NCBI RefSeq assembly: GCF_046119375.1
Contig: NW_027362761.1
Span: 712,690,001-712,754,000, forward strand
DNA from: Phyllobates terribilis
Lineage: Eukaryota
Direction of reading: 5' to 3'
DNA length: 64,000 nt
In this document: piece after piece, positions 62,147 through 64,000 of the stretch
Position numbering within the stretch: the stretch's first letter is position 1
How the letters are laid out: every line of letters begins with the position of its first letter
Position numbers and translations under genes: made by a program
Notes under the pieces: generated by a model
Databases searched by the model: none
What the model was told of the DNA's origin: nothing
The model's input: only the letters and a program-made list of their open reading frames with translations

Positions 62147-62971
62147 GGCTGCGTGCCCACGTAGCGTTTTTCAAGCGTTTATGCTGCGGAATTTCCACAG
62201 CGTAAACGCTTGTGAAACGCTAGGTAATCCGCACCCCATGGTCCCCAAGGGGATTCCGCATGTTCTATGCACATGCTGCGGATTTTTCCGCAGCGTTTAT
62301 GCTGCGTACAAAAATCCGCAGCATGTTCATTAATTTTGCGGAAGGGCAGCGGAATGGCCGCCATTGACTTGCATTGAGACGCATAGAATCCGCATCTGTA
62401 CATTTGTACAAGCGGATTTTATGCGTCTCTATGTGCGGATGGTACCCAGTTCTGGAGGAGAGGAGACTCTCATCCAGACCTGGGTACCATTGTACCTGTA
62501 AAAAAAGAATAAAATAAAAAATAAAGTTTATACTCTCTCTCTGCATGCCGGCAGCGCTGAAGGACCTTCGGTGACGTCACAGTCATGTGACCGCAGGCCC
62601 TTCACCGCTCTGTCTCGCGATATGCCGGCAGCCAGGAACCAGCCAGGAAGCAGCACTGCAGCACAAATCGGGGGTGAGTATAGCTTTATTTTTTTATTTT
62701 TACGGTCACACTATATAAATCCATGCAGTTTGCATGAATTTATATAGTGTGACCTAGTTGTCAAGCACTTTCCAAGTGATGCTATCGCCTGGAAAGCGCT
62801 TGTCAATCTGCATGTGGAAACGCATGTGGATACGCATGTGAATCCGCATGTATTCCGCATGTATTCTGCAGGAAAAACGCATGCACAATCTGCATGCGTT
62901 TTTTCTGCCAGGGAGATGCAGAAATGCTGCAGAAATTTTCTCCTTCATTTCTGCATCGTGGGCACATAGCC
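62147..62971. mobile_element. Harbinger-type MITE
   Basis: TIR GGCT(G/A)(C/T)GTGCCCACG, flanked by taa and tta. Confidence 0.75.
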
Positions 62972-62974
62972 TTA

Positions 62975-63415
62975 GGGCTTGCTCACATGAGCGTATAACA
63001 TGGCCGAAAGCCATGCAATGTTTTATCGAATAACACTTGGACCAGTGTTATTCTATGGGGCAGCTCAGATTTGCAATTTTTTTCTCTTGTAGATTTGGCA
63101 TGAGAAAACAATTGCAGCATGCTGCAAATGGCTGCGACATGCGTCTCACACGCACCCATACAAGTCTATGGGTGCGTGTGGAACAACGGACTGCACTCGG
63201 ATGTCATCATATAGCAGACAAAGGCAATAGAGAAGCTGGAGAAATTACTTTCTCCGTCTTATCCGCAACTGTGCTGCGATTCTCTCATGCAAGAGAATCA
63301 GAGAACAGTGCACTGACACTCAGATAAAACTCTGTCAGAGTTTGATCGGGGTGTATTTGCATAATCGGCTCCGATTCTATTGCATGAGAGAATTGACGGC
63401 CGTGTGACCCCGGCC
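62975..63415. mobile_element. Harbinger-type MITE abutting the previous one
   Basis: TTA on both sides; imperfect ends gggcttgctcaca / tgtgaccccggcc. Confidence 0.65.
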
Positions 63416-63648
63416 TTACGGTGGAGTTTAGAGAATTTTCTGCTGACTTTTGACAATAACTTCTATTTAGAAAAATCCCTAACCTGAAACTACCCACTCT
63501 TTTATTAAATAAAAAGGCAGCACTGATTGACGGCAGGTACACTATAAAATTTAGAATTTTCTCCTGAATTCCTCTCAAATGTAATAATGGCTCCTGTGCT
63601 GTTCCCCCAGAAATAATTGCTGTTCAGATGTTTGTTTTGTATATCTTA

Positions 63649-64000
63649 CAATTGAAACCAGAAGTTTACATACACTATATAAAAAGACACATATGCATGT
63701 TTTTCTCAATATCTAACATGAAATCAGAATAAACCTTTCCCGTTTTAGGTCAATTAGGATTACTATAATTTTCTAAGGCATTTTTATTACTTACTGCAAA
63801 GTCAAAAGTTTATATACATTTCATTAGTATTTGGTACCATTGCCCTAAAACTGAATGATTTGGGTCAAAAGTTTGGGATATCCTTCCACAAGGATCTCAC
63901 AATAGTTGGTCGGTATTTGGCCCCATTCTTCCTGACAAAACTGGTGTAACTGATCCAGGTTTGGAGGTCGCCTTGCTCGCACCTGCCTTTTCAGATTTGC
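63649..64000 (-). mobile_element. Sleeping Beauty-like Tc1 element, 3' end (continues beyond window)
   Basis: TA-CAATTGAAACCAGAAGTTTACATACACT outer DR, inner DR near 63801; minus strand 64000-63824 reads VRARRPPNLDQLHQFCQEEWGQIPTNYCEILVEGYPKLLTQIIQF*GNGTKY*, resembling the SB transposase C-terminus. Confidence 0.88.

Overview
Eukaryotic, almost entirely repeat-derived DNA. The repeat families (TTAA-flanked T2/Kolobok-type and piggyBac-type MITEs, DIRS, CR1) suggest an anuran amphibian; this is inference. I found no rRNA, tRNA, CRISPR array or complete host gene. Main contents: two DIRS1-like tyrosine-recombinase retrotransposons with full terminal repeats and ICR (12802-19004, 48266-59845); a near-intact CR1 LINE plus a near-identical 3' fragment; Tc1-superfamily elements of three types (DD37E, DD38E, Sleeping Beauty-like); two decayed BED-finger hAT transposases; a spliced MADF gene of probable Harbinger origin; a 3.3-kb foldback hAT element; many MITEs; and several minisatellites. 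Three candidate minus-strand host exons suggest part of the window is intronic. The most notable structures are a four-level nested insertion, a 74-bp hairpin-bearing tandem array, an inversion-derived Tc1 derivative, and a Penelope-like inverted insertion with hammerhead-like cores. None of these is shown to be a new biological system; most belong to known families. Coordinates were read by eye and soft boundaries may be off by some bases.
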